Below are positions 31,970 to 40,485 of a stretch of 64,000 bases of DNA, one piece after another (position 1 is the first letter of the stretch; every line of letters starts with the position of its first letter). Below the pieces are notes generated by a model, which did not search any database, had not been told where the DNA came from, and saw only the letters and a list, made by a program, of their open reading frames with translations. Location: positions 1 to 64,000 of IMG/VR virus record IMGVR_UViG_3300031867_000031; one strand, 5' to 3'. This stretch comes from a virus (Duplodnaviria > Caudoviricetes). Position numbers and translations under genes: made by a program.

Positions 31970-32200
31970 ATGTCTCGCAGTCGAAAAAAGCATCCACTTA
32001 TTCAATGCTGCGGTGACAAGAGCTTAAAGAAATTATTCAATCGTCGTTTTCGACGCAAGAAAGATCTCGATTTCCCTTCTTACGGAGCTTATCGTAAAGC
32101 GAATAATTCTTGGGAAATTTGTGACACTCTTATGGGTTATTTTAATGTTGAACTAATACCCTTTACAGAAGAGCGTAAGTATTGGTATTCGATGAAGTAA
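31970..32200 (+). CDS. Conserved basic phage hypothetical protein
   Basis: MSRSRKKHP...NRRFRRK; GGAGG RBS. Confidence 0.65.
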   Translation: MSRSRKKHPLIQCCGDKSLKKLFNRRFRRKKDLDFPSYGAYRKANNSWEICDTLMGYFNVELIPFTEERKYWYSMK

Positions 32201-32253
32201 TGCATTATGCTCTTTAGTTTTACAACACGTTTATATTTTAGGAGCTGATAATA

Positions 32254-32658
32254 GTGCTTATTCTGACTAATGATACTAGCTTAACGCTTGGGCCTAATCA
32301 GTCCGTTACTTTTAACTTAGAAATCCTGCATACGGGTTGTGCGGAGTGCCATCGTATCAGTTCTGGTGCTGTTACCCTTCGTATGCAGCAGGCAATCTAT
32401 GATATTTTCTTTAAGGCGAATATTGGTTCTACGACAGCTGGCGATGCAGCACAGCTTACTATGTTCCTGAATGGTTCGCCCATGACGGAGACGACTATGG
32501 TATCTACCACCGATGCTGTCGGCGATGTAAATAATGTAGCGTGTGAGACTGGGGTGCATACGTGCTGTTGCGGTCCCGAGACGCTTACAATTGTGAATAA
32601 TGGTGAGACGACGGTTGTAGTTGAGCAGCCTCTTCTGAAGATTAAGAGGGTTGCTTAA
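32254..32658 (+). CDS. BclA-C-like beta-sandwich protein
   Basis: GCAECHR...YDIFFKANIG...TLTIVN pattern common in gut phages. Confidence 0.5.
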   Translation: MLILTNDTSLTLGPNQSVTFNLEILHTGCAECHRISSGAVTLRMQQAIYDIFFKANIGSTTAGDAAQLTMFLNGSPMTETTMVSTTDAVGDVNNVACETGVHTCCCGPETLTIVNNGETTVVVEQPLLKIKRVA

Positions 32659-32660
32659 AC

Positions 32661-33011
32661 ATGATGATTAATTTACCCGCCGGATTGATATTTCAGACCA
32701 TTCTTACTGGCACGGTTGGATGGTTGGTTAAACTTGTATTAGACACACTTAAAAGTTATAGCGACGAGAGTAAGGCTTGGCGCAAAAAGATGGATGAAAA
32801 AATGGATGGGATTGGAGATGCCACTCAGGCAACCATGCGTACCACCATTCTTCATTATTGCGAAAAGTATATTACTCGTAAGTGGATTACCTCAGAAGAG
32901 CTTAGTTCGCTCATGGATATGCATAAAAAGTATACCGTCATAAATCCTAAGAACGGTTTTATAGATTCATATGTTGAACGCGTCAAGCAACTCGAGATTC
33001 GGGAAGTTTAG
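32661..33011 (+). CDS. Single-TM holin-associated membrane protein
   Basis: N-terminal TM, then ILHYCEKYI...LMDMHKKY...NG. Confidence 0.5.
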   Translation: MMINLPAGLIFQTILTGTVGWLVKLVLDTLKSYSDESKAWRKKMDEKMDGIGDATQATMRTTILHYCEKYITRKWITSEELSSLMDMHKKYTVINPKNGFIDSYVERVKQLEIREV

Positions 33012-33025
33012 GAAAGGATATTTTT

Positions 33026-33463
33026 ATGGCTGAGGTTGACGAGAAAAAGATTGTTGTTAAGGCGCCTATTCACCCCCATTATGCTATCAAGAATTCAGAT
33101 GGTTGGGGTGCTGAAATGCTCGGTGTTGAGGCTATGGATGGTAGTGATATCGGGTATGCTGGTATTTTAGGTCTTCCCATTATTAATTTTACCATCGAAG
33201 CTGCTGATATTCTAAAGGCGCGCGTTCGCAATAAGCGTGGTAAGTGGCTTCCTTATAAAACTGGTTTTGGTATGAACAAGGCCGAGGCTCTTGGCGATGA
33301 TACACCCATTACTGGCATTGAGATTATCGGAGCAGGTTTTATATTTAGTATTCATGCTAAAGGCGGTTCTTGGTTACCGGTTATGAAGACAAGCGATACT
33401 GAGGGCACTACTTTAGCTGTTGCTGGTTCATCTATTGACGCTATTTGGATTGATAAGGTTTAA
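33026..33463 (+). CDS. Stand-alone lysin-type cell-wall-binding-like domain protein
   Basis: Two repeats (GKWLPY / GSWLPV; GYAG...PI; IDAI) without a catalytic domain. Confidence 0.4.
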   Translation: MAEVDEKKIVVKAPIHPHYAIKNSDGWGAEMLGVEAMDGSDIGYAGILGLPIINFTIEAADILKARVRNKRGKWLPYKTGFGMNKAEALGDDTPITGIEIIGAGFIFSIHAKGGSWLPVMKTSDTEGTTLAVAGSSIDAIWIDKV

Positions 33464-33491
33464 AAATTAATTTATTAAAAAGGATTCTATC

Positions 33492-33665
33492 ATGATTATT
33501 AACATAGGTGAACTTATTAATAAACGTGGAAATGGTAATCGTCGTTCTCGCAAGAAGATAGACATTATAGACAATCGTCCTAGTTCAGCATCTATTGAAG
33601 AAGCTAAAGCTAAGGTGCAGGAAATTATTGAACGAGGTAAAAAGAAGCGCGATGCCGATGTTTGA
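33492..33665 (+). CDS. Small basic hypothetical protein (57 aa, not in track)
   Basis: AAAGGA RBS; MIINIGELINKRGNG... Confidence 0.5.
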   Translation: MIINIGELINKRGNGNRRSRKKIDIIDNRPSSASIEEAKAKVQEIIERGKKKRDADV

Positions 33666-33764
33666 AGACGCAGCAATTAATTTATGTAGAATAATAGGCA
33701 TTATAATAGCTGTATGCTGTTTTGGATTAATACTATACAACGACTATTAATAAAATTCAAAATG

Positions 33765-33820
33765 GAACCCAAAGTTCTATAAATTTTATTATGGAGCTTT
33801 GGGTTTCTCTTTTATTTTTA
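33765..33820 (+). terminator. Intrinsic terminator
   Basis: AACCCAAAGTTC...GAGCTTTGGGTT hairpin followed by T-tract. Confidence 0.7.
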
Positions 33821-33884
33821 TAAAGCCTGAATTTTTCCGTCAGGATTTTTCAGAAAACAAAACCAATTTAGGAGTTGATATTTT

Positions 33885-34091
33885 ATGATTCTTAGTAACA
33901 AATATTATGATCTTCTTAAGTGGATTGCACTTATTGTTCTTCCCGCTCTCGGTACTTTATATTTTGGGCTTGCCAGGATTTGGGGACTCCCGTTCGGTGA
34001 GGAAATTGTTGGTACTATTACCGTTATCGATACGTTTCTTGGCGCGCTTCTTGGCGTTAGTACTAATAATTATTATAAGCAGAATGAGTAA
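33885..34091 (+). CDS. Holin (Dp-1-like family)
   Basis: LSNKYYDLLKWIALIVLPALGTLY...WGLP...IVGTIT..DTFLGALLGVS; two TMs. Confidence 0.85.
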   Translation: MILSNKYYDLLKWIALIVLPALGTLYFGLARIWGLPFGEEIVGTITVIDTFLGALLGVSTNNYYKQNE

Positions 34092-34112
34092 TTCCAACAT
34101 GGGAGGTCAATA

Positions 34113-35111
34113 ATGGAGTATTTACCCTCCTATAAGGATGATTTATATTTAGCTCACCATGGTATTCTTGGCCAAAAGTGGGGTGTTAGACGATTTCAAA
34201 ACTCAGATGGTTCTTTAACCCGTGCTGGCAGAGCTCGATACGGCAATTCAGAAAATAGTACTAAATCCAATAACAAACTTAAAACTGCTGCAAAAGTTGC
34301 TGGCGCGGCTACGGCTGTTGGTTTAGCCGGAATGGGTGCGTACGCAATATCTAAGAGTGGCATGCCGGTTGGCGGAGTACATAATATTTCTGAATTGCGT
34401 AAACCTGGTTTACCAATTTTAACTCAACGTGACAGTTCCATGGCTACTGCTGCTATAAAAGTTAACCCGAATGCCAAAAGCGGAAATGATGCATATTTGT
34501 TTAATTGTACTCATTGCTCAGTTGCATATGATCTTCGTAGACGAGGTTATGATGTTGAAGCTGGACCAGGCCATGTGCATCTAGAGCGTTTTATGCGAAA
34601 AGCATATGCTGGAGCAGAATACCATACTATTCCGGGTATAAGTTCTGGTGGAGGAGCTGCGGCTAAAGATAGAGAGCTTAGTATTAAAAATCTTCGTACT
34701 AATCTACGAATGCAAAAACAAGCTCAAAAACAAGCCATCGATGATCCCCAAGGTTTTGCTAGAGATCAAAGACGGATGACTGACAATATTCTTAAACAAT
34801 GTGAGGATATGGGTCCTGGAGCTAGAGGAGCTATTAATCTTACTCTTGCTAACGGTATGGGTCATTGTATTGCTTTTGAATGCGACGAAAAAGGTCAGGC
34901 GCATCTTATTGATTCGCAGCTAATTGCTACAACTACTGGAATACTTGGAATGGGTGGTGCGCATGGCACCAGAGGTTCCTCATATGTTGATGATTTTATA
35001 GCTAAAAGCATACTTCCATGTATGCCAGTTAGTGTAACGCGGTATGATAATGCAGAACCGAACATTGAGTTTTTAAAGAAGAAACGAATAGTAGTACCAA
35101 GTGAAGGTTAG
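34113..35111 (+). CDS. HHG-motif cargo protein 3 with papain-fold (Tox-PL-like) toxin domain
   Basis: LAHHGILGQKWGVRR N-terminus; NCTHC..AYDLRRRGYDVEA, GHCIAFE, LIDSQ catalytic-triad pattern. Confidence 0.75.
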   Translation: MEYLPSYKDDLYLAHHGILGQKWGVRRFQNSDGSLTRAGRARYGNSENSTKSNNKLKTAAKVAGAATAVGLAGMGAYAISKSGMPVGGVHNISELRKPGLPILTQRDSSMATAAIKVNPNAKSGNDAYLFNCTHCSVAYDLRRRGYDVEAGPGHVHLERFMRKAYAGAEYHTIPGISSGGGAAAKDRELSIKNLRTNLRMQKQAQKQAIDDPQGFARDQRRMTDNILKQCEDMGPGARGAINLTLANGMGHCIAFECDEKGQAHLIDSQLIATTTGILGMGGAHGTRGSSYVDDFIAKSILPCMPVSVTRYDNAEPNIEFLKKKRIVVPSEG

Positions 35112-35125
35112 TGAGGTGAATATTA

Positions 35126-35368
35126 ATGTCTCCGGATCGTGCGATAAAAATTGCTGAAAATAAATTGCATATGGTCTGTACTGGTTTTGGATATGAATAC
35201 GAAGGCGATTACTATTTAGAAATGGCTCCACAGAATTATAATCCGAACAAAGATGGTGCAATTTCTGATTCTTGTTATAAAGTTGATTCTGTTACGGCAA
35301 AAGTGACGCCATATAGTCCGGCGGTAAATGGTATACAAGATATTAGAAAGATGCACTTTTTTAATTAA
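35126..35368 (+). CDS. Putative immunity protein
   Basis: 80-aa gene directly after the toxin-like ORF; A..IA...L helix followed by beta strands; lacks HHG motif. Confidence 0.5.
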   Translation: MSPDRAIKIAENKLHMVCTGFGYEYEGDYYLEMAPQNYNPNKDGAISDSCYKVDSVTAKVTPYSPAVNGIQDIRKMHFFN

Positions 35369-35380
35369 ACGGTGGTAGCC

Positions 35381-36022
35381 ATGTATGAAATGAATGATTT
35401 ATTTTTAATGCATCATGGAATCAAGGGTCAGAAATGGGGTGTAAGAAGATTTCAAAATCCTGATGGCTCTTTAACTAAAGCAGGAACTAAAAGATATCGA
35501 CAGGAACGTCGATCATTGAGACGAGATATTCGAAAAATACAAAGATCTAACTATTTAAAAACTGGTAGCATTGACGGCAAATACGCTAGTAAAGTGAATA
35601 AAAAAATAAGCACGGCTCAACGCAATGACAAAGAATACCAGAGACTTAGTAGGAAAGTTACGCAAGCAGAAAACGAAGCTTCAGCTGCTTCAAACTTAAG
35701 AGATAGAGCATCAGAACATAATATGGACATTGCGGAATATGAGTATGATAAAGCATATTCCAGATTAAATACAGCACTTACTGAAAAAGAAGCACGAGGT
35801 AAACAAATAGCAGATCGATATTTAAACGAATATCATAATGCTAAAATTAAAGATCTAGGTTTTAGTGATGTTGAACAAGGTAGAAAATATTTTGAACACT
35901 ATAATTTATTAAACGTTGTTTATACTGATTCGAATGCTGGCTCTAGGAATGCTAATAGAGCAATAGATGCCATACGTGACAGTGCGAAAATAGCCAATGC
36001 ATATCGCAAAGCTCATAGCTAA
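35381..36022 (+). CDS. HHG-motif cargo protein 4
   Basis: FLMHHGIKGQKWGVRRFQNPDGSLTKAG. Confidence 0.85.
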   Translation: MYEMNDLFLMHHGIKGQKWGVRRFQNPDGSLTKAGTKRYRQERRSLRRDIRKIQRSNYLKTGSIDGKYASKVNKKISTAQRNDKEYQRLSRKVTQAENEASAASNLRDRASEHNMDIAEYEYDKAYSRLNTALTEKEARGKQIADRYLNEYHNAKIKDLGFSDVEQGRKYFEHYNLLNVVYTDSNAGSRNANRAIDAIRDSAKIANAYRKAHS

Positions 36023-36038
36023 TTAAAAGGTGGTAGCT

Positions 36039-37091
36039 ATGGACGAAACAAGTGATTTATTTTTAATGCATCACGGAATTAAAGGTATGAAGTGGGGAGT
36101 GCGTAGATTCGAGGATGCAAATGGCCATCTTACGCCTGCCGGTAAGCGTCGATATGGTATACAAGATGCTCGCAAATATTATAAAATTAATAGACTTCAG
36201 CGAATGAGTGAGCGAAGCGATAATCCTAGAATAAAGAATTTACTTTCTGGAGAAATTCGTCGAACGCAAACTCGTTCTGATAGAAAACACGCCGATTTAA
36301 ACAAACAAGATATTAATGCCGGTAGAGAAATTGTCGCGAAGCACAGACTTAAATGGGCGGGAGTTAATACTGCTGCTAAAGCCGCATTAACAGCTGCTGG
36401 ATCTGCGTATTTATATTCTAATCCTAATACTAGAGCACTTGCTCCTGTTGCATTAGCTGGTGGAGCGGCATTAACTTATGGCAGTGCTAAAAAAGTGCCA
36501 TATTACTTTATGGAAAATCGTCGCTATAAGCAAGTTAATCCAAAAAATGTTACAACAAAAGGATTGACTAAAAAGCAACAGGCACTCCGTAAAGCTGGAA
36601 AAATTGCATTAGGAGTTGGAGCAACAGCAGCCGTAGCCGGAACAAGCGCATATTTACTTAGTAAAGCTGCTAGAAATAACGCTAATAACAATACACCTAA
36701 AAAAGCGAGTGTTGCTACACAAGCCGTTTATGATGCTAATAAACAGTATACTAAATCTAAAGCACAAGAAGCTGCTAAAGCATCAACCAAAAATGCTGTT
36801 AGAAATGGTGTATCTCAAGCTGGTCGAACTGTTAGAAATGTAGTAGGAAATGCCGCTCGAGCAGGTGTTCGAACTGTTAGAAATGCCGTGGTTAGTCGAG
36901 TTACACGAGATTTCGATCCAGATGATCCTAGTACATATGCTACGGCTATTCGAAATGGTCGAGACATATATAATAATATTAATAGTATTCGAACTAACGG
37001 TGCTCCGGCAGTGATTAGTATGGCGACACAAGCAACAATTGATGCGACTAACGATTTAATTGAGCGTTATAGAAATCGTCGAATGTCTTAG
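36039..37091 (+). CDS. HHG-motif cargo protein 5 with Gly/Ala hydrophobic segments
   Basis: FLMHHGIKGMKWGVRRFEDANGHLTPAG. Confidence 0.85.
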   Translation: MDETSDLFLMHHGIKGMKWGVRRFEDANGHLTPAGKRRYGIQDARKYYKINRLQRMSERSDNPRIKNLLSGEIRRTQTRSDRKHADLNKQDINAGREIVAKHRLKWAGVNTAAKAALTAAGSAYLYSNPNTRALAPVALAGGAALTYGSAKKVPYYFMENRRYKQVNPKNVTTKGLTKKQQALRKAGKIALGVGATAAVAGTSAYLLSKAARNNANNNTPKKASVATQAVYDANKQYTKSKAQEAAKASTKNAVRNGVSQAGRTVRNVVGNAARAGVRTVRNAVVSRVTRDFDPDDPSTYATAIRNGRDIYNNINSIRTNGAPAVISMATQATIDATNDLIERYRNRRMS

Positions 37092-37102
37092 GAGATATTA
37101 CT

Positions 37103-37396
37103 ATGAGTGATTTATACGGCGAAATGACTGATGAAAAGTTTAATAAACTTGCTACTACTACCATTGCTAATTGGTGGAATAATCAGGATGAACTTGTTGA
37201 CATATTCGGTTCAATTTCTCCAGATGAAGTGTATACTACATGGAAATGTAAAGCTATTGAGAATTTTAAAGGTTTATTCGGTGTTCCCCGCGATGGTGAT
37301 GGTTTATATTTCGAGTTTACATTCCATGGTAAGAAAAACTGCTGTTATCTCGACGTTTATAAAAAGCAAACTCAAATAATTGTCGATCTTAATTAA
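37103..37396 (+). CDS. DUF6275-like phage protein
   Basis: VYTTWKCKAIENFKGL...YFEFTFHG...YLDVYKK pattern (recognised from memory). Confidence 0.55.
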   Translation: MSDLYGEMTDEKFNKLATTTIANWWNNQDELVDIFGSISPDEVYTTWKCKAIENFKGLFGVPRDGDGLYFEFTFHGKKNCCYLDVYKKQTQIIVDLN

Positions 37397-37478
37397 AAAT
37401 AGAATACAGTCCGCATAAAATACCTTTCCTACATTGAGAGATACAAGAGGTGTGTCTCATATTTTGAAAGGAGAAAAG

Positions 37479-37898
37479 GTGTTAATTCCGATTAAGTTTC
37501 TAGAGTATATGGGATTTATTAAAAACGTGGAGGTTAGTGAAGAAGGACCATCATCTAAAGATTTGTTAGAGGAGCACTTGAAAGAGTGCATAACAGAAAA
37601 TGCGTTGGAGCACGTTGACACTGATAAAGCAACCAAGGGAGCACAGAACATCGAATTGCTCACAAAGTCAATGGAGCATCTTGAAAAAGCAGAAGCAGAG
37701 CGACTTAAAGTCGAACTTCAGCTAGCGGAGGCTCGGAGACGACAATGGGTTAATTGGGATGTTGTGCTGCCTAAAATGGTAGCAATAGGTGTCACAGGTG
37801 CCGTAACAGTGTTTTGGTTGTGCCTTGAACAAGGTACTCCGATACCAATGAGATTGGTGAAGATGGCATCGGACTTGACTGTCCCACGCGGACTGTAA
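37479..37898 (+). CDS. Coiled-coil protein with C-terminal TM
   Basis: GAAAGGAG RBS before GTG; hydrophobic VVLPKMVAIGVTGAVTVFW. Confidence 0.65.
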   Translation: MLIPIKFLEYMGFIKNVEVSEEGPSSKDLLEEHLKECITENALEHVDTDKATKGAQNIELLTKSMEHLEKAEAERLKVELQLAEARRRQWVNWDVVLPKMVAIGVTGAVTVFWLCLEQGTPIPMRLVKMASDLTVPRGL

Positions 37899-37909
37899 AA
37901 AACTCTAGA

Positions 37910-37950
37910 GGTGGTTAGTCGAAAGATTAACCACCTTTTCTTTTTTTTTC
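37910..37950 (+). terminator. Intrinsic terminator
   Basis: GGTGGTTAGTC-GAAA-GATTAACCACC then T-tract. Confidence 0.85.
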
Positions 37951-37982
37951 AAAAGATGATAGGAGGGAGGAGTAGAAGACAT

Positions 37983-38624
37983 ATGGAGCATATTCCTACT
38001 TTCATTGACCAATTAGATGCAGATTATATTTCACACCATGGCATTAAAGGAATGCGTTGGGGTGTAAGAAGATATCAAAATCCTGATGGCACATTAACGG
38101 CTAAAGGTAAACAAAGATATAAAAATACTAAGGTAATGTATAAAGATTTGAAAAAACAAGTACACAAGCAACGTGCTAAAGAACATGGCGGATCTAATAG
38201 ATGGAGGACAGTTACTCCAATAGGCGAACATTCTCGTAAATACATAGATGATATTTCGAAAAAAGAAGAGGCATATCGTAATTCAGATGCCTATAAGAAA
38301 TGGGAAAAAGATTATGATAGTTTTCAAAAAAATTGGAATAGAAAATTTGAAAAAACACCTACTTATGATTCAAAATTAATAGACCAATATAATAAAGAAG
38401 ATCGCGAAATGATTAAAAAACGACCTAGAAAAAATTTCAAAAGTCCCTATGATGGTTTTTATACAGTTACTTCACAAGGTAGAAAATACACTAAACGTTA
38501 TCTTAATGGTGCCGGCAGAGATTTATCTATGGCCTATGTTAGAGATTTGGGCTATTCAGAATCTACAGCTAGTAAAATGGTTGATCAAATGATAAAGTCT
38601 GGACGAACTCTTGGCATGGACTGA
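37983..38624 (+). CDS. HHG-motif cargo protein 6
   Basis: MEHIPTFIDQLDADYISHHGIKGMRWGVRRYQNPDGTLT. Confidence 0.85.
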   Translation: MEHIPTFIDQLDADYISHHGIKGMRWGVRRYQNPDGTLTAKGKQRYKNTKVMYKDLKKQVHKQRAKEHGGSNRWRTVTPIGEHSRKYIDDISKKEEAYRNSDAYKKWEKDYDSFQKNWNRKFEKTPTYDSKLIDQYNKEDREMIKKRPRKNFKSPYDGFYTVTSQGRKYTKRYLNGAGRDLSMAYVRDLGYSESTASKMVDQMIKSGRTLGMD

Positions 38625-38660
38625 CGATCAACCACTTTTTCTTTTTAAGGATTTTTCAAA

Positions 38661-38948
38661 ATGGAAGAAACGTTGTATATACTTATTAGAGAAAACATAA
38701 ACCATGGAATTCGATCTTATCAAATTATTGATTATAATACTGACTATGATGTTTTAAATAGTCAACGCGAGTATTTAATTAACCGCATTTTTGAGCGTGG
38801 CGATGGTTGGCTCTCTGAATTTGCATATGATTCATTTGGAAAATCATCAATTGTTAGATACGCTATGCTTCGGGATACTATTAGAATTTGTTTTTCTGAA
38901 GAGAAAAGTGTAGGTATACAATTTAAAATAATAATCCTGACTCATTAG
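38661..38948 (+). CDS. Hypothetical protein
   Basis: 95-aa ORF, AAGGA RBS. Confidence 0.55.
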   Translation: MEETLYILIRENINHGIRSYQIIDYNTDYDVLNSQREYLINRIFERGDGWLSEFAYDSFGKSSIVRYAMLRDTIRICFSEEKSVGIQFKIIILTH

Positions 38949-39000
38949 TTAATATTTTAAATCTAATTGAGTTCGCCAATTTTACCGACTCTTATATGAG

Positions 39001-39087
39001 AAGAATAGTAAAATAGTAGGTTAAAAGGTAAAACCACTATCACCGGACAGAAATACGGGTTCGAGCCCCGTCTATTTTACTATTCTT
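39001..39087 (+). ncRNA. tRNA-like small RNA with 16-bp closing stem and no normal anticodon loop
   Basis: D-arm GGTT-AAAAGGTAA-AACC, T-arm ACGGG-TTCGAGC-CCCGT, own promoter at 38973, T-tract after. Confidence 0.6.
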
Positions 39088-39123
39088 TTTATTTTTTAGC
39101 TTCACAAGAATAGGAGGGTAGAA

Positions 39124-39849
39124 GTGGAACACCTACCATCATTTATAGATGATCTTCATGTTGATATTAAGCCGTCATTTATTGCGCATTCATTTAGAGA
39201 TGAACATGATGCTAAAATGATGTATGGGTTGCCTAAGGTAAAGAAATTTCCTATGCCTGACGCAAAGCATGTACGATCTGCTATTAGGTTTTTTAATTAC
39301 GCTAAACCATCTCAAGAACAAGAGTTAGCTAATGCTATTCTAGCTCGAATGGATGATTATGGTATCGACCCCGATGATATTAATGTCGGTGATGATAATC
39401 GTTTTAAGAAATATTTACAGCATTCATATTTAGCGCATCATGGCATTAAAGGAATGCATTGGGGTGTGAGAAGGTATGAAAATTATGACGGCACTCTAAC
39501 CGCTGCCGGTAAAAAACGTTATGAAGGATTAGATCGCAAAAGTCAAAAAGCTAAAAAGAAATATTTAAAAATGATGGATAAAGATATGGAAAATCATTTT
39601 TACAATCAGTTAAGTCCGAATGCTAGAAAAGTTTCTGCAATTGGGCGCAATGGACGTGAGATACTTGGACAAGCTTGGGGAGAAGCGTATCGAAAAGGAT
39701 ACGTAACCGATAAAGATCATGCACAAATTAAGAAAGCAGCTAAAGAGACTCGTTCATATATGTCCAAAAAGTATGGCGATTCTGCAATGAAAGCTTTTAC
39801 AAGATCTGGAGTACTTTTTAGAAAAATTGATGATTTTGATACGTTATAG
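39124..39849 (+). CDS. HHG-motif cargo protein 7 (internal motif, extra N-terminal domain)
   Basis: FIAHS...KKFPMPDAKHVRSAIRFF...YLQHSYLAHHGIKGMHWGVRR. Confidence 0.85.
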   Translation: MEHLPSFIDDLHVDIKPSFIAHSFRDEHDAKMMYGLPKVKKFPMPDAKHVRSAIRFFNYAKPSQEQELANAILARMDDYGIDPDDINVGDDNRFKKYLQHSYLAHHGIKGMHWGVRRYENYDGTLTAAGKKRYEGLDRKSQKAKKKYLKMMDKDMENHFYNQLSPNARKVSAIGRNGREILGQAWGEAYRKGYVTDKDHAQIKKAAKETRSYMSKKYGDSAMKAFTRSGVLFRKIDDFDTL

Positions 39850-39939
39850 AATCAACTATACTTTTATATTTTTCGCAGAAAAAACTCCTCCTTTATAGCA
39901 AGAGTCCAAAAGAGACTTAACTATTGAGAGGAGTTGTAT

Positions 39940-40254
39940 ATGAGCGGGACAGCTATTCCAGCATATAACCATGATGACCGTAATCATTGGTTTATTTGGC
40001 ATGTGTTGGCTCACGAGCTCACGGAGGAGGATTTCGAGGCAATTCAGTTGGCCCTCATCGAGCGCGAGGATGATCACAAAGCGATTGACAAGACGCAAGT
40101 GGTGTTCCACGAATTCGATAAGGGAACTATGATGCAGCCAAGGCCTGTTCCTGAGTTTTATAAGCAAAAGGCGCATCGCTACGTAGACTGGTCTACGGCC
40201 ATGGATATTTGCATGGTCCTTAGCAAGTACACAGATTTCTATAGCAAGAAGTAA
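39940..40254 (+). CDS. Hypothetical cassette protein
   Basis: Promoter 39873, GGAG RBS, terminator 40265. Confidence 0.75.
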   Translation: MSGTAIPAYNHDDRNHWFIWHVLAHELTEEDFEAIQLALIEREDDHKAIDKTQVVFHEFDKGTMMQPRPVPEFYKQKAHRYVDWSTAMDICMVLSKYTDFYSKK

Positions 40255-40264
40255 AGGACTTTTG

Positions 40265-40310
40265 AAAAAGGATTGTGAGGTCGAAAGACTTTACAATCCT
40301 TTTTTCTTTT
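40265..40310 (+). terminator. Intrinsic terminator
   Basis: AAAAAGGATTGTGAGGTC-GAAA-GACTTTACAATCCTTTTT. Confidence 0.85.
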
Positions 40311-40485
40311 TTTTACTATACTTTATTTTTTAGGAGGAATTAGACGTTAGTTATATTTCAAATCATGGTATTTTAGTGTATGAAACACTCTTACAAAACC
40401 CCAGGTAAACGGCTTGTTAAAAAGCGTTTTTAGAGCTTAAAAATTGACAAACGACTAATTACCCATAAAGTTGGCGATTTCAATT

